From Deltaproteobacteria bacterium (GTDB taxonomy: Bacteria > Myxococcota_A > Polyangia > Polyangiales > Houyiibacteriaceae): DNA of 64,000 nucleotides. A model generated the notes under the pieces. It saw only the letters and a list, made by a program, of their open reading frames with translations. It was not told where the DNA came from and made no database searches. The stretch spans positions 259,026-323,025 of the forward strand of contig JAEPMI010000002.1 of the NCBI GenBank assembly GCA_017644045.1. Reading direction: 5' to 3'. This document shows, in pieces, positions 54,328 through 63,047 of the stretch (position 1 is the first letter of the stretch; every line of letters starts with the position of its first letter). The translations under genes were made by a program, and so were the position numbers.

Positions 54328-54363
54328 GAGCCTCTGGCCCCTGGCCCGAGGCTCTTTTCTTTC
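54328..54363 (+). terminator. Rho-independent terminator
   Basis: GAGCCTCTGGCC-CCT-GGCCCGAGGCTC hairpin (one mismatch) followed by TTTTCTTT. Confidence 0.8.
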
Positions 54364-54374
54364 CGTCCTGGGGT

Positions 54375-54950
54375 TCAGGCCTTGGGCAGGTCGCGAGTGA
54401 CGAGCCAGGCCGGGTCGATGCCGGCGGCGCGGAAGGCGCAGTCCCAGCGGTCGGCCACGGGGACGTCGTAGACGATGGAGGGATCGACGTCGGTGGGGAT
54501 CCAGGACCCCTCCTTCATCTCGCTCTCGAGCTGGCCGGGCGCCCAGCCGCTGTAGCCCAGGCTCATGATCACCCGCCGAGGTCCGTCGCCGACGGCGATG
54601 CGCTCGAGCATGTCCACCGAGGAGGTGAGCGCGAGTGACCCGCCGATCGGGAGCGCCTCCCCGGGCCGAATGCCGCCCTCTTCCGGGTCGAAGACCAACC
54701 ACCCGGTGTCGGGCGAGACGGGGCCGCCCACGTGCACCGGAAGCTCGGGCGGGTTCGGCACCTCGATGGGCACTCGGAGGTCCCCGAGCACATCGCGGAA
54801 GCGTACGGGTGCGGTCTTGTTCACCACGATCCCGAACGACCCGTCACTGCCGTGATCGATGAGCAGCACGACCGTGTGATTGAAGAAGGGGCACGCCAGC
54901 GAGGGGGCGGCGACCAGGAACCCGGGCGCGAACTCGGTGGAGTGGTCCAC
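54375..54950 (-). CDS. YqgE/AlgH-family (UPF0301) protein
   Basis: APGFLVAAPSLACPFFNHTVVLLIDHGSDGSFGIVVNK and LGYSGWAPGQLESE motifs. GTG 54950 chosen; the upstream part of the 400-aa ORF is Arg/Ser-rich junk overlapping plsC antisense. Confidence 0.8.
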   Translation of the reverse strand: MDHSTEFAPGFLVAAPSLACPFFNHTVVLLIDHGSDGSFGIVVNKTAPVRFRDVLGDLRVPIEVPNPPELPVHVGGPVSPDTGWLVFDPEEGGIRPGEALPIGGSLALTSSVDMLERIAVGDGPRRVIMSLGYSGWAPGQLESEMKEGSWIPTDVDPSIVYDVPVADRWDCAFRAAGIDPAWLVTRDLPKA

Positions 54951-55020
54951 CCACCAAGAGTGCCACCGCTTCGGAGCGCTTGCGAGCACGCCCGGCGCGG
55001 ACCCGTGGTAGAGCGCTCCA

Positions 55021-55794
55021 GTGACCCGAGCATCGTCTCCGACCGACTTGCGGGCCCGCGCACGGAGCGCCGTTCGCGTGGCGCGCTTCGGCGGTCTGTT
55101 GACCGCGACCCTGGCCCGCTGGGAGCTCGAGAAGCGGCGGATGTCCGACGAGCGGCAGGAGCTTCGCAAAGAGGAGCTCCGCCACTCGGTGAGTGGCCGC
55201 ATCCTGGACATCTTCGGGGTCGAGCTGCGGCGCAATCGCCCCGCCCCCGTGAGCGAGCGACCCAAGCTCGTGGTGGCGAACCACCGCGCGGCGCTCGACA
55301 TCGGGATCCTGTTGCGAGAGCTCGGCGGCACGTTCCTGAGCCGCGCGGACCTCGCGGAATGGCCGGTGGTGGGGCGCCTCGCTCGAGAGGCCGACACGAT
55401 CTTCGTCGACCGCGAGGATCGCGGGAGCGGCGCGGCGGCCATCCGCTCGATGCGCCGGAGCCTCAAGGCCGGCAAGAGCGTGATGATCTTCCCCGAGGGC
55501 GCGACCTTTCGGGGCGACCTGGTGCAACCCTTCCAACCAGGAGCCTTCATCGCCGCGCGGGGGCTCGAGGTCGACATCGTCCCAGTGGGGCTCGCCTACC
55601 CACCCGGCGTGGAATACGTCGACATCACCTTCGTGGAGCACGTGGAGGGGCTGGCCAGGCGCCCCCACACCCGCGTGGGGGTGGCTTTCGGGGACCCCTT
55701 CCATGCCGAGGGGCGCGCGGACGCGCTGGCGGAAAGGTGCCATGGAGTCGTACAGTCCCTCGTGAGAGAGGCGCGGGTGCTCGCGGACCGATGA
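55021..55794 (+). CDS. plsC: 1-acyl-sn-glycerol-3-phosphate acyltransferase
   Basis: VVANHRAALD (HX4D), FVDRED and MIFPEGATFRG motifs. Start is uncertain. Confidence 0.8.
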   Translation: MTRASSPTDLRARARSAVRVARFGGLLTATLARWELEKRRMSDERQELRKEELRHSVSGRILDIFGVELRRNRPAPVSERPKLVVANHRAALDIGILLRELGGTFLSRADLAEWPVVGRLAREADTIFVDREDRGSGAAAIRSMRRSLKAGKSVMIFPEGATFRGDLVQPFQPGAFIAARGLEVDIVPVGLAYPPGVEYVDITFVEHVEGLARRPHTRVGVAFGDPFHAEGRADALAERCHGVVQSLVREARVLADR

Positions 55795-55907
55795 CCGAGG
55801 CGAAGGCCTCCGAGTGAATAGCGACACCATCCGACCCATCCAAGGACCGACTCGGCGCCAAGGTCCGTCACGGGCCGACGCGCACCCCACGAGACGAAAG
55901 AAATCCA

Positions 55908-57245
55908 GTGAGACGACCCATGCGATTCCGACCCCACAACCTGGTCCCGTACCTCGCGGTGGTCGCCATGCTCGGCGGCTGCACGATTCACCACGTCCGC
56001 ACCACCGGCACGGTACGCGCCAGCGGCAGCGTACGTGTGACCACCCCCACCTACGTCACGGTCGCCGACGCACCGCCGCCCCTGAAGCCCGCCGTCCAGA
56101 CCCGACCGGCGGCGAGCGGGTCCGTGTGGATCGAAGGCCACTGGTCGTGGAACGGCGGCTGGGTCTGGGCCGATGGCCACTGGGATACTCCTCCGCAGCC
56201 CGGCTACGTGTGGGAGCCCCCCGTGTGCGTCGCCGTCGCGGACGGCGGCTACCAGTTCCACCGCGGGTACTGGCGACCGCAGAACCAGGAGCCGCCTGCG
56301 ATCTACCGGACCGACGGAACGATCCGAGTGCATGTCCGCCCCGCCGACGAGCCGGCTCGCGCCAACCGCGTGGTCGTGACCGCCCGTGAGCCTGCGCCGC
56401 GGGGTACCGTCGTCGTCACGTCCCGCGCGCCCGAGGGCAACTCCTCCTCCGTGACCGTCACGAGCCGCCCCGCCAACGGCAGCGCCACGGTCACCACCCG
56501 CCCCGCCAACGGTAGCGCCACGGTCACGACGCGGCCGGCGAACGGTGGCGCGACCGTCACCACGCGCCCGTCCAACGGTGGCGCGACCGTCACCACGCGC
56601 CCGTCCAACGGTGGCGCGACCGTCACCACGCGCCCGTCCAACAACGGCGGCGCCACGGTCCGCACCCGGCCCGGCGACAACACCGCGACCGCGACCACCA
56701 CCGTGCGACCCGCGTCCACCGCGCGTGGCAACAACGCCAGCGCCAACACCACCGTGCGACCCGCGTCCACCGCGCGTGGCAACAACGCCAGCGCCAACAC
56801 CACCGTGCGGCCCGCGTCCACCGCGCAGGGCAACAACGCCAGCGCCAACACCACCGTGCGACCCGCGTCCACCGCCCGCGGCAACAACGCCAGCGCCAAC
56901 ACCGCGGTCCGCCCTGCGTCGACGGCGCGCGGCTACAACGCCAGCGCCAACACCACCGTGCGGACCCCCGCCCCGAACGACAACCCGGGCATGCAGACCG
57001 GCGGCCCGCGCAGCTGCAGCCTCGCGGTCGCCGTCCTTCCGCGCAATGGTGTGCTGGTCATCCGCGGCTCGGGCCTCGCGGCCGCGACCGGCGTGATGAT
57101 CGGCTCGCAGCGGGTGCCCCTCCTCGACAAGCGAGACGACCGCGTCCGTGCGCGCGTTCAGGGCCGCAACCACGGCGGCAGTGTCCGCGTGCTCTTCGGC
57201 AACGACCGCGAGGAGTGCGGCTCGCTCCGCATCACCGGTCGCTGA
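55908..57245 (+). CDS. lipoprotein with YXWGXW-type motif, two tandem-repeat families and an IPT/TIG-like C-terminal domain
   Basis: Lipobox MLGGC. WIEGHWSWNGGWVWADGHW. Six 11-aa and five 17-aa repeats. Confidence 0.8.
   Translation: MRRPMRFRPHNLVPYLAVVAMLGGCTIHHVRTTGTVRASGSVRVTTPTYVTVADAPPPLKPAVQTRPAASGSVWIEGHWSWNGGWVWADGHWDTPPQPGYVWEPPVCVAVADGGYQFHRGYWRPQNQEPPAIYRTDGTIRVHVRPADEPARANRVVVTAREPAPRGTVVVTSRAPEGNSSSVTVTSRPANGSATVTTRPANGSATVTTRPANGGATVTTRPSNGGATVTTRPSNGGATVTTRPSNNGGATVRTRPGDNTATATTTVRPASTARGNNASANTTVRPASTARGNNASANTTVRPASTAQGNNASANTTVRPASTARGNNASANTAVRPASTARGYNASANTTVRTPAPNDNPGMQTGGPRSCSLAVAVLPRNGVLVIRGSGLAAATGVMIGSQRVPLLDKRDDRVRARVQGRNHGGSVRVLFGNDREECGSLRITGR
56451..56651. repeat. 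33-nt tandem repeat x6 (coding, TVTTRP[AS]NG[SG]A)
   Basis: Units 56550-56582 and 56583-56615 are identical. Earlier units differ mostly at synonymous sites. Confidence 0.9.
56697..56951. repeat. 51-nt tandem repeat x5 (coding, TTVRPASTARGNNASAN)
   Basis: Units 56697-56747 and 56748-56798 are identical. Later units diverge. Confidence 0.9.
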
Positions 57246-57296
57246 TCGCTCGACCACTTTCTTGGTCGTCGCGATCGCTCGCGGCAGAAAGGAGCC

Positions 57297-57917
57297 ATGC
57301 GGGTCGCGTGGCTCCTTTCGTCATTCTTGGTGGTCGCACTCACCCCGGCCTGGGCCGCGGCGCAGCGCGACGGGACGCCCCACTTCTGGCCGGCGGACGC
57401 CTCGCCCGGCACGCGCGGTCCCACGCCGGAAGAGCTCCTCGGCTTCCGCTTCGGCGCGAGCCGACGGTCCATCGAGCGCGCCTGTCACCGCGCGGGCCAC
57501 GACTCCAAGTCCGTTCGCGATGGCGGGCTGCTCTGCAACGGGACCGCCGCGCCCCGAGACCTGCCGGCACAGGTCCACCTCCGCTTCTGCGACGGCCGAC
57601 TCTGCGAAGCGCGCGCGTCCATCCACGCGTCGGACGCGCGGGTCGCCACCTACGCGCGAGCGCTCCGATCCCTGCGGGGAGCGTTCGGCGCACCGCCCCA
57701 GCGACGCTTGAGGGTCGATCACCAGTGCCTCGCCGAGCTGGTCTCGGGGCGCTCGGACGCTTGCCTGATCGCGGAGGGCTCGGGCGTGCGCCACTGGTGG
57801 GAGGTCGGCGGTACGGAGATCTTCCTGGCGCTCGAGCACCGTCCCGATGGCCGCCGGCTCGAGGTGGCGTACCGCACCGCGGAGCGTCTGCGCGCCATGT
57901 CGCGCACCTCCGATTGA
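57297..57917 (+). CDS. secreted hypothetical protein
   Basis: AAAGGAG Shine-Dalgarno. Signal peptide LLSSFLVVALTPAWAAAQ. Conserved Cys pairs. Confidence 0.7.
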   Translation: MRVAWLLSSFLVVALTPAWAAAQRDGTPHFWPADASPGTRGPTPEELLGFRFGASRRSIERACHRAGHDSKSVRDGGLLCNGTAAPRDLPAQVHLRFCDGRLCEARASIHASDARVATYARALRSLRGAFGAPPQRRLRVDHQCLAELVSGRSDACLIAEGSGVRHWWEVGGTEIFLALEHRPDGRRLEVAYRTAERLRAMSRTSD

Positions 57918-57957
57918 GGAGGCTCCGTGCGGTGTCCGAGGCGCGTATACTCGTGTC

Positions 57958-59139
57958 GTGACGCCCGAAGTGGACGATTCGAAGCGGGACATCTGGGTCC
58001 TCGGCTTCCGTGACTCCGACGAGCGACCGGAGAAGGCGCTCGGAAGGGTGTTCGGGATCGATTCGGTCCGCGCTCGACGGCTGATCGCCAGCATGCCCGC
58101 CGTCGTGAAGCGCGAGGTGACGGCGGCGCAGGCGGAACCGATCATCGCCGCGCTTCGCAAGATCGGTGCGCGGGTGGCGCTGGTTCCCGCGGGCGCGTCT
58201 CGCTTCCCGGGGAAGCCGGCGAGCGACCCGCCGAAGCCCGCCGCGACTGCCACCCCCGAACCCGAACCCGAGGCGGACGGGCTCGGAGACATCGAGAGCT
58301 TGGGCATCGACTTCGGACCCGGAGGGCCCCCGGTCTCCGGAAGTCACCCGAGCTATCGGGAGTCGCTCCCCCACCCGCGCGTCTCCGGCGTGCCCACCGA
58401 GCCGGCGAGGGTCTCGGTCGCGCCGCCGGAGCCAGAGCCCACGCCTGCTCCGCCGAAGCCGGTAACCTTTCTCGAGCCTCGCTCGATACCGGAAGAGCCG
58501 GAGCCGGCACCCGAACGGAGCGTCGTCGGCGCGCAGCTCTTCGGAGTGGTGGCGAGCGGCGCGGGAGCGGCGGCGCTCTTCTTCGCGAGCACGCTCGAAG
58601 GGAGCGCGTTCGGGGAGACGCCCGACGTGGTGGGCGCCGCATCGGCAGCCGGGGCGATCGCGCTCCTGCTCCTCGGAGTCCAGGCGCTCGTCGCCGCGTT
58701 CGCGTTCGACGTCGCCCTCCCCAAGGGTGGTGCGATCGGGTTGGCGCTGCTCCTCGGCGCGGCGGTCGGTGCCACCAGCTTCCTCGTGCACCGCGTCGAC
58801 CCCTCCGAGCAGGCGCGGCGGGAAAGGGCGGCGACGCTGGAAGCCATTCGGCAAGGCCGAATGCCGGAAGCGCGAACCTTCCTGACCGGTCCGAGAGCCG
58901 GACTCACCGGCATGGAGAGACGAGCTGCTGTCGCCTGGGTCGAAGCGCTCTACACCGCTGGGGCGCGGCAGGTCTACGTGGTGGTCGACTACGAAGCCGC
59001 CCCCGACGAGGGGACAGGGGTGGCGATCAGCCTACCGTTGACTCAGAGCCGACGCAGGGCCGTCGCGGCCGCCGTCCACCAGCAGGTCCGGAACGCTCCT
59101 GCCGATGACGGAGAGTGGTGGCTGATCCCCTTCGAATGA
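57958..59139 (+). CDS. membrane protein, tandem paralog A (N-terminal L7/L12-CTD-like domain, Pro-rich linker, TM block, C-terminal domain)
   Basis: GTG start. DIWVLGF...RVFGIDSVRARRLIASMPAVVKREV...ALRKIGARV. TM-rich middle. C-terminus WWLIPFE. Confidence 0.7.
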   Translation: MTPEVDDSKRDIWVLGFRDSDERPEKALGRVFGIDSVRARRLIASMPAVVKREVTAAQAEPIIAALRKIGARVALVPAGASRFPGKPASDPPKPAATATPEPEPEADGLGDIESLGIDFGPGGPPVSGSHPSYRESLPHPRVSGVPTEPARVSVAPPEPEPTPAPPKPVTFLEPRSIPEEPEPAPERSVVGAQLFGVVASGAGAAALFFASTLEGSAFGETPDVVGAASAAGAIALLLLGVQALVAAFAFDVALPKGGAIGLALLLGAAVGATSFLVHRVDPSEQARRERAATLEAIRQGRMPEARTFLTGPRAGLTGMERRAAVAWVEALYTAGARQVYVVVDYEAAPDEGTGVAISLPLTQSRRRAVAAAVHQQVRNAPADDGEWWLIPFE

Positions 59140-59179
59140 CCCTCATGATCGACCCACCCAAACGAGGGACAGGGCTGGT

Positions 59180-60625
59180 ATGCTCCCGCATCCTGCAGAT
59201 GCAGAGGTCTCGCTGGTGAGTCGTGTCGATATTTGGGTCCTGGGGTTCGATCCGGGCTGGTCCGAATCACCCTCCGATGGGCTGCGACGGGTGTTCGGGA
59301 TCGACACGCAGGAGGCGCTGACGCTCGAGCTCACCGTGCCCACACCGGTGAAGCGAGTGCAGCCGATGGACGCCGCCAAGTGGATGGTGGCGCTCCGGTC
59401 GATCGGGGCCGAGTGCGAAGAGCGCCCGGAAGACTCCAGCGCACCGCCGGCCTTCGATCTCCCGGAGCCGAAAGTGTCGGTGCCGAAGCCGGCCGGTGGA
59501 GGCGACGTGCCCCCAGGCGTCGTGATGCCCAGCGGCAAGGCGCAAGCGAGGGCAAAGGCGAAGGCCGAGATCGCGGCGCTCTCCTCGAAGAAGAAACCGC
59601 CGCCGCCTCCGCCCAAGCCCAAAGGCGCCGGCGCCGTGAAGGAAGAGGTGCACCGGGTCATTCGCACCCCATCCATGCCTCAGGACCGACGCCCGCCGCC
59701 ACAGCGGAAGGCCAGCACGCCCGCCATTCTCCTCGACGAGGAAGAGATCCAGGCGGCGAAAGCCGCGGCCCAGCCGAGCAAGGTCGACGCCGCCGCGGAC
59801 GAGTTCGGCGAGCTCGACCTGGGAGATGTGCGCGCGAGGGCCGCCGAGCGAAAGGTCGAGGAGGAGCGCAGGGCGAAGGCGCGCAAGGACGCGTCGGAGC
59901 CGCAGCTCGAGCTGGCCGACGTGGCGCCACCACGGCACCGCAAGGAACCCGAAAGCCGTGCGGCGCAGGCCGACCAGGTCGCCAAGCCGGTGGTCGAGGG
60001 CCCGTCGAAGGGCAAGGACCTGGCGATCGGCGGTGGCCTCGTCGTGCTCGGACTCGGGGCCCTCTACTTCGGGATCATGCGTTTCGAGAGCGCCTTCCTC
60101 GGAACCGGCTCCTATCCGACCTGGGCCCTCGAGGGCGTGGGCATCGGCGCACTGCTCTTCGGGCTCTTGCACCTCGTCCTCACCCTCGCCGGACGCGAGC
60201 CCGAGCTCGCCGTGGGCAAGCTCGTCGGCGCGGCGGTCGTCGGCTTCGGCATCGCGTACGGGGTCGCGTTCGTGCAAGGCGCAAACGCCGACGTCCTGCG
60301 CTCATTGCAGAGCGGCACCGCCGAGACGCGTGCCGTCCGCGACGTGCTCAACGACCCGAAGGCACGCCTCGTGGGCTCGACGGAAGCGGAAGGCCAGGCG
60401 ATCGTCGACGCAGCGCTCGAAGGTGGCGCGATCTCGGTGGAGGTCGGGCACGAGAAGTCCCTCCTCGGCCGCACCGTGGCCCACGTGCTGGTGATCGAGA
60501 TGCCGGCCTCCGGCGGCGCCCGCGCGCACATGGCGGCGCTCATTCGTCGTGCGCTCGGTGCCGATCGGGCGGCGCTCGCCGCAGACGTCCCGAGCGGCGA
60601 ACGCTGGGCCATCCCCCTACGCTGA
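59180..60625 (+). CDS. membrane protein, tandem paralog B
   Basis: DIWVLGF...RVFGIDTQEALTLELTVPTPVKRV...ALRSIGAEC. Lys/Pro-rich linker, TM block, C-terminus RWAIPLR. Confidence 0.7.
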   Translation: MLPHPADAEVSLVSRVDIWVLGFDPGWSESPSDGLRRVFGIDTQEALTLELTVPTPVKRVQPMDAAKWMVALRSIGAECEERPEDSSAPPAFDLPEPKVSVPKPAGGGDVPPGVVMPSGKAQARAKAKAEIAALSSKKKPPPPPPKPKGAGAVKEEVHRVIRTPSMPQDRRPPPQRKASTPAILLDEEEIQAAKAAAQPSKVDAAADEFGELDLGDVRARAAERKVEEERRAKARKDASEPQLELADVAPPRHRKEPESRAAQADQVAKPVVEGPSKGKDLAIGGGLVVLGLGALYFGIMRFESAFLGTGSYPTWALEGVGIGALLFGLLHLVLTLAGREPELAVGKLVGAAVVGFGIAYGVAFVQGANADVLRSLQSGTAETRAVRDVLNDPKARLVGSTEAEGQAIVDAALEGGAISVEVGHEKSLLGRTVAHVLVIEMPASGGARAHMAALIRRALGADRAALAADVPSGERWAIPLR

Positions 60626-60629
60626 CCCG

Positions 60630-61415
60630 GTGCCCGAAGGCGACACCATCCACCGTGCCGCGCGGCGGATGCACCGCGCGCTCGCGGGCAAGCGAATCGA
60701 CCACGCGGAGTCGCGGGCGCCCAAGGTGTCGTCCGCGCGGCTGGTCGGCGCGACCATCGAACGCGTCCAGGCCCGTGGGAAGCACCTGCTGATCGTGCTC
60801 GACGACGGTCGGATCCTGCGCACGCACATGCAGATGACCGGCTCGTGGCATCTGTACCGCACGAGCGATCGCTGGCGCCGCCCGCGCCATCGGATGGTGC
60901 TGCTGATCGAGACCGATCCCTGGCACGCCGTCGCCTTCGACCTGCCGCAGGCCGAGCTCCTCCGAAGCGAAGGTCAGTCGGCGCAGCTCCGCCGCCTCGG
61001 GCCCGATCTCCTCGACCCCGAGTGCGATCTGGACGAGGCGCTCCGGCGACTCACGGCGGCCGCCGAGCTACCGCTGGGAGTGGCGCTGATGCGTCAGGAC
61101 CTCGTGGCCGGGATCGGCAACGTCTACAAGAGCGAAGTCCTCTTCCTCGAACGTCTCGACCCCTTCGCCCCGGTCGGCAGCGTGGACGTCGAGCGGCTCC
61201 GAGCGGCGCTCGACCGAGCACGGAAGCTGATGCGCAGAAACCTGCGCGGACGACGTCGGAACACCACCGGACGCGCCGACATGGTTCAGTACGTCTATGG
61301 GCGCTCCGGCGAACGCTGCCCGGAGTGCGGCACCACCATCCGGATGAAGCGGCAGGGCGACGCGGGACGATCGACCTACTGGTGTCCGAGCTGCCAGCCG
61401 GCAGCGACTCAGTAG
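60630..61415 (+). CDS. nei: Fpg/Nei-family DNA glycosylase (endonuclease VIII-like)
   Basis: GTG followed by PEGDT (catalytic N-terminal Pro after Met removal). H2TH GIGNVYKSEVLF. C-terminal zinc finger CPECG...CPSC. Confidence 0.85.
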   Translation: MPEGDTIHRAARRMHRALAGKRIDHAESRAPKVSSARLVGATIERVQARGKHLLIVLDDGRILRTHMQMTGSWHLYRTSDRWRRPRHRMVLLIETDPWHAVAFDLPQAELLRSEGQSAQLRRLGPDLLDPECDLDEALRRLTAAAELPLGVALMRQDLVAGIGNVYKSEVLFLERLDPFAPVGSVDVERLRAALDRARKLMRRNLRGRRRNTTGRADMVQYVYGRSGERCPECGTTIRMKRQGDAGRSTYWCPSCQPAATQ

Positions 61416-62815
61416 GCGTTCTTGCGGACCTTGGAGCCGAAGACGGTCAAGAAGATGATCTTGATGTCCCAGAGAAGGCCCCAGTTGCGGATGTACTCGA
61501 GGTCGTGCTCGATCCGCTTCTCCATCTTCTCGAGGGTATCGGTCTCACCACGCCAGCCGTTCACCTGAGCCCAGCCGGTGATGCCGGGCTTCACTTTGTG
61601 GCGGAGCATGTAGCCCTGGATCCGCTTCCGGTACGCCTCGTTGTGCGCGACGGCGTGAGGCCGTGGACCGACGATGCTCATGTGACCGGTGATCACGTGG
61701 ATGAACTGCGGCAGCTCGTCCAGGCTGGTACGCCGGATGAACGCGCCGAAGGGTGTGATCCGGCTGTCGTTCTTGGTCGCCTGTTTCACCTCGGCTCCGT
61801 CTTCCATGACCTTCATGGAGCGGAACTTGAGGACATGGATGACCTCGCCGTTGAGACCGTAGCGACGCTGCCGGAAGAAGACCGGCCCCTTCGAGCTGAG
61901 CTTCACGCCGATCGCGATGAAGAGCATCGGGATGCTGATGAGCATCATGATCAGCGTGCCGACGACGATGTCCTCGGCCCGCTTGAGCCAGCCGTCGACG
62001 CCGTAGAAGGGCGTCTCGTGAATGCTCACGACCGGCACGTCACCGAGGGAGCCCCAGCGCGCGTGGAGGAGGTCGAAGGCGTCGAAGTCCGCCGCCATGT
62101 AGACGCTCGCGGTGGTGTCCGCGAGCTTCCGGACGAGCTGATTGATGCGCGGTTCCGCGCGGAGCGGGAGCGCGATGTAGATGATGTCGACCTCGCCGTT
62201 GCGCGCGCGCTCGACGAGCTTGTCGAGCTTTCCCTTGTAGGGGCCGAGATCCTCGGGGATCGGGTGGCAGCGCTGAGGGATCCGGTCGTCGTAGAACCCG
62301 ACGATGCGCATGCCGAGCTCGGGCTCTTCGTGAACGGTCCGACCGACGCGCTCGGCGAGCTCCGTCAGCCCGGCGATCGCGACCGAGCGCGTGTTCCGCC
62401 CGCGCCGACGGAGCTCACGCAACGCGAGACGCAGGCACGCTCGCCATATCGAGATGGCGACCGCGGCCCCGCCGAACCAGGTGAGTGAGATCGCGCGTGA
62501 GTAGTTCTCCGAGACCTTCGAGACGAAGGCCAACATGAGCAGGACCGCCCAGGTGATCATCCACGCGAGGAACACACGCGCCGTCTCGGGCGTGATCGCT
62601 CGACCGCGCCACGCGGAGTAGAGACCGAGCCACTGCGCGACCAGGTGCATGATCACGACCGCGAGCACCGTCGCGGTCGTGTGCATGTCTCGCCACGTCT
62701 CGTGGTGAATGAAGATCGCGAGGAAGTGGGTAGCCGCGATCAGCCCTGCGTCGACGAGACGCATGACCAGGTTCAGCGCCGGGCTATAAGGTTTTACCAA
62801 CCCCTGGGAACCCAC
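61409..62815 (-). CDS. polyprenyl-phosphate hexose-1-phosphate transferase (WcaJ/EpsZ-like priming sugar transferase)
   Basis: Four to five N-terminal TM segments. C-terminal SLDELPQFIHVITGHMSIVGPRP...PGITGWAQVNG. Confidence 0.9.
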   Translation of the reverse strand: MGSQGLVKPYSPALNLVMRLVDAGLIAATHFLAIFIHHETWRDMHTTATVLAVVIMHLVAQWLGLYSAWRGRAITPETARVFLAWMITWAVLLMLAFVSKVSENYSRAISLTWFGGAAVAISIWRACLRLALRELRRRGRNTRSVAIAGLTELAERVGRTVHEEPELGMRIVGFYDDRIPQRCHPIPEDLGPYKGKLDKLVERARNGEVDIIYIALPLRAEPRINQLVRKLADTTASVYMAADFDAFDLLHARWGSLGDVPVVSIHETPFYGVDGWLKRAEDIVVGTLIMMLISIPMLFIAIGVKLSSKGPVFFRQRRYGLNGEVIHVLKFRSMKVMEDGAEVKQATKNDSRITPFGAFIRRTSLDELPQFIHVITGHMSIVGPRPHAVAHNEAYRKRIQGYMLRHKVKPGITGWAQVNGWRGETDTLEKMEKRIEHDLEYIRNWGLLWDIKIIFLTVFGSKVRKNAY

Positions 62816-63047
62816 GATTTCTTACTCGCCTCTGCTTTACTCGGGGGAGGGTGACGTGATCCGCACAGCAACAGCGGACTTTTTGGTCCGCCATCAGAAT
62901 CGGTTCGGTCTTACCCTCGCTGATCCTCGTATGCAAGTGTGCGTATGGGTACGCCCTCGTGGTCGAGCACCTTCCCCCGAGGGGGTGATCTCGCCCAGCG
63001 CGAGAAGCCCTTGAAGCGAACGCGCTCGCGGGCTACGAGCGAGCCTC

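Noticed and set aside
54245-55000. tRNA-Met as an integration site for a genomic island
   Set aside because: No integrase or recombinase gene and no direct repeat of the tRNA 3' end were seen downstream. The flanking genes (yqgE, plsC) are housekeeping-type with normal composition.
54375-55577. Full 400-aa version of the YqgE-like ORF
   Set aside because: The N-terminal 200 codons run antisense to plsC and are Arg/Ser-rich. The family-typical N-terminus begins at the GTG at 54950.
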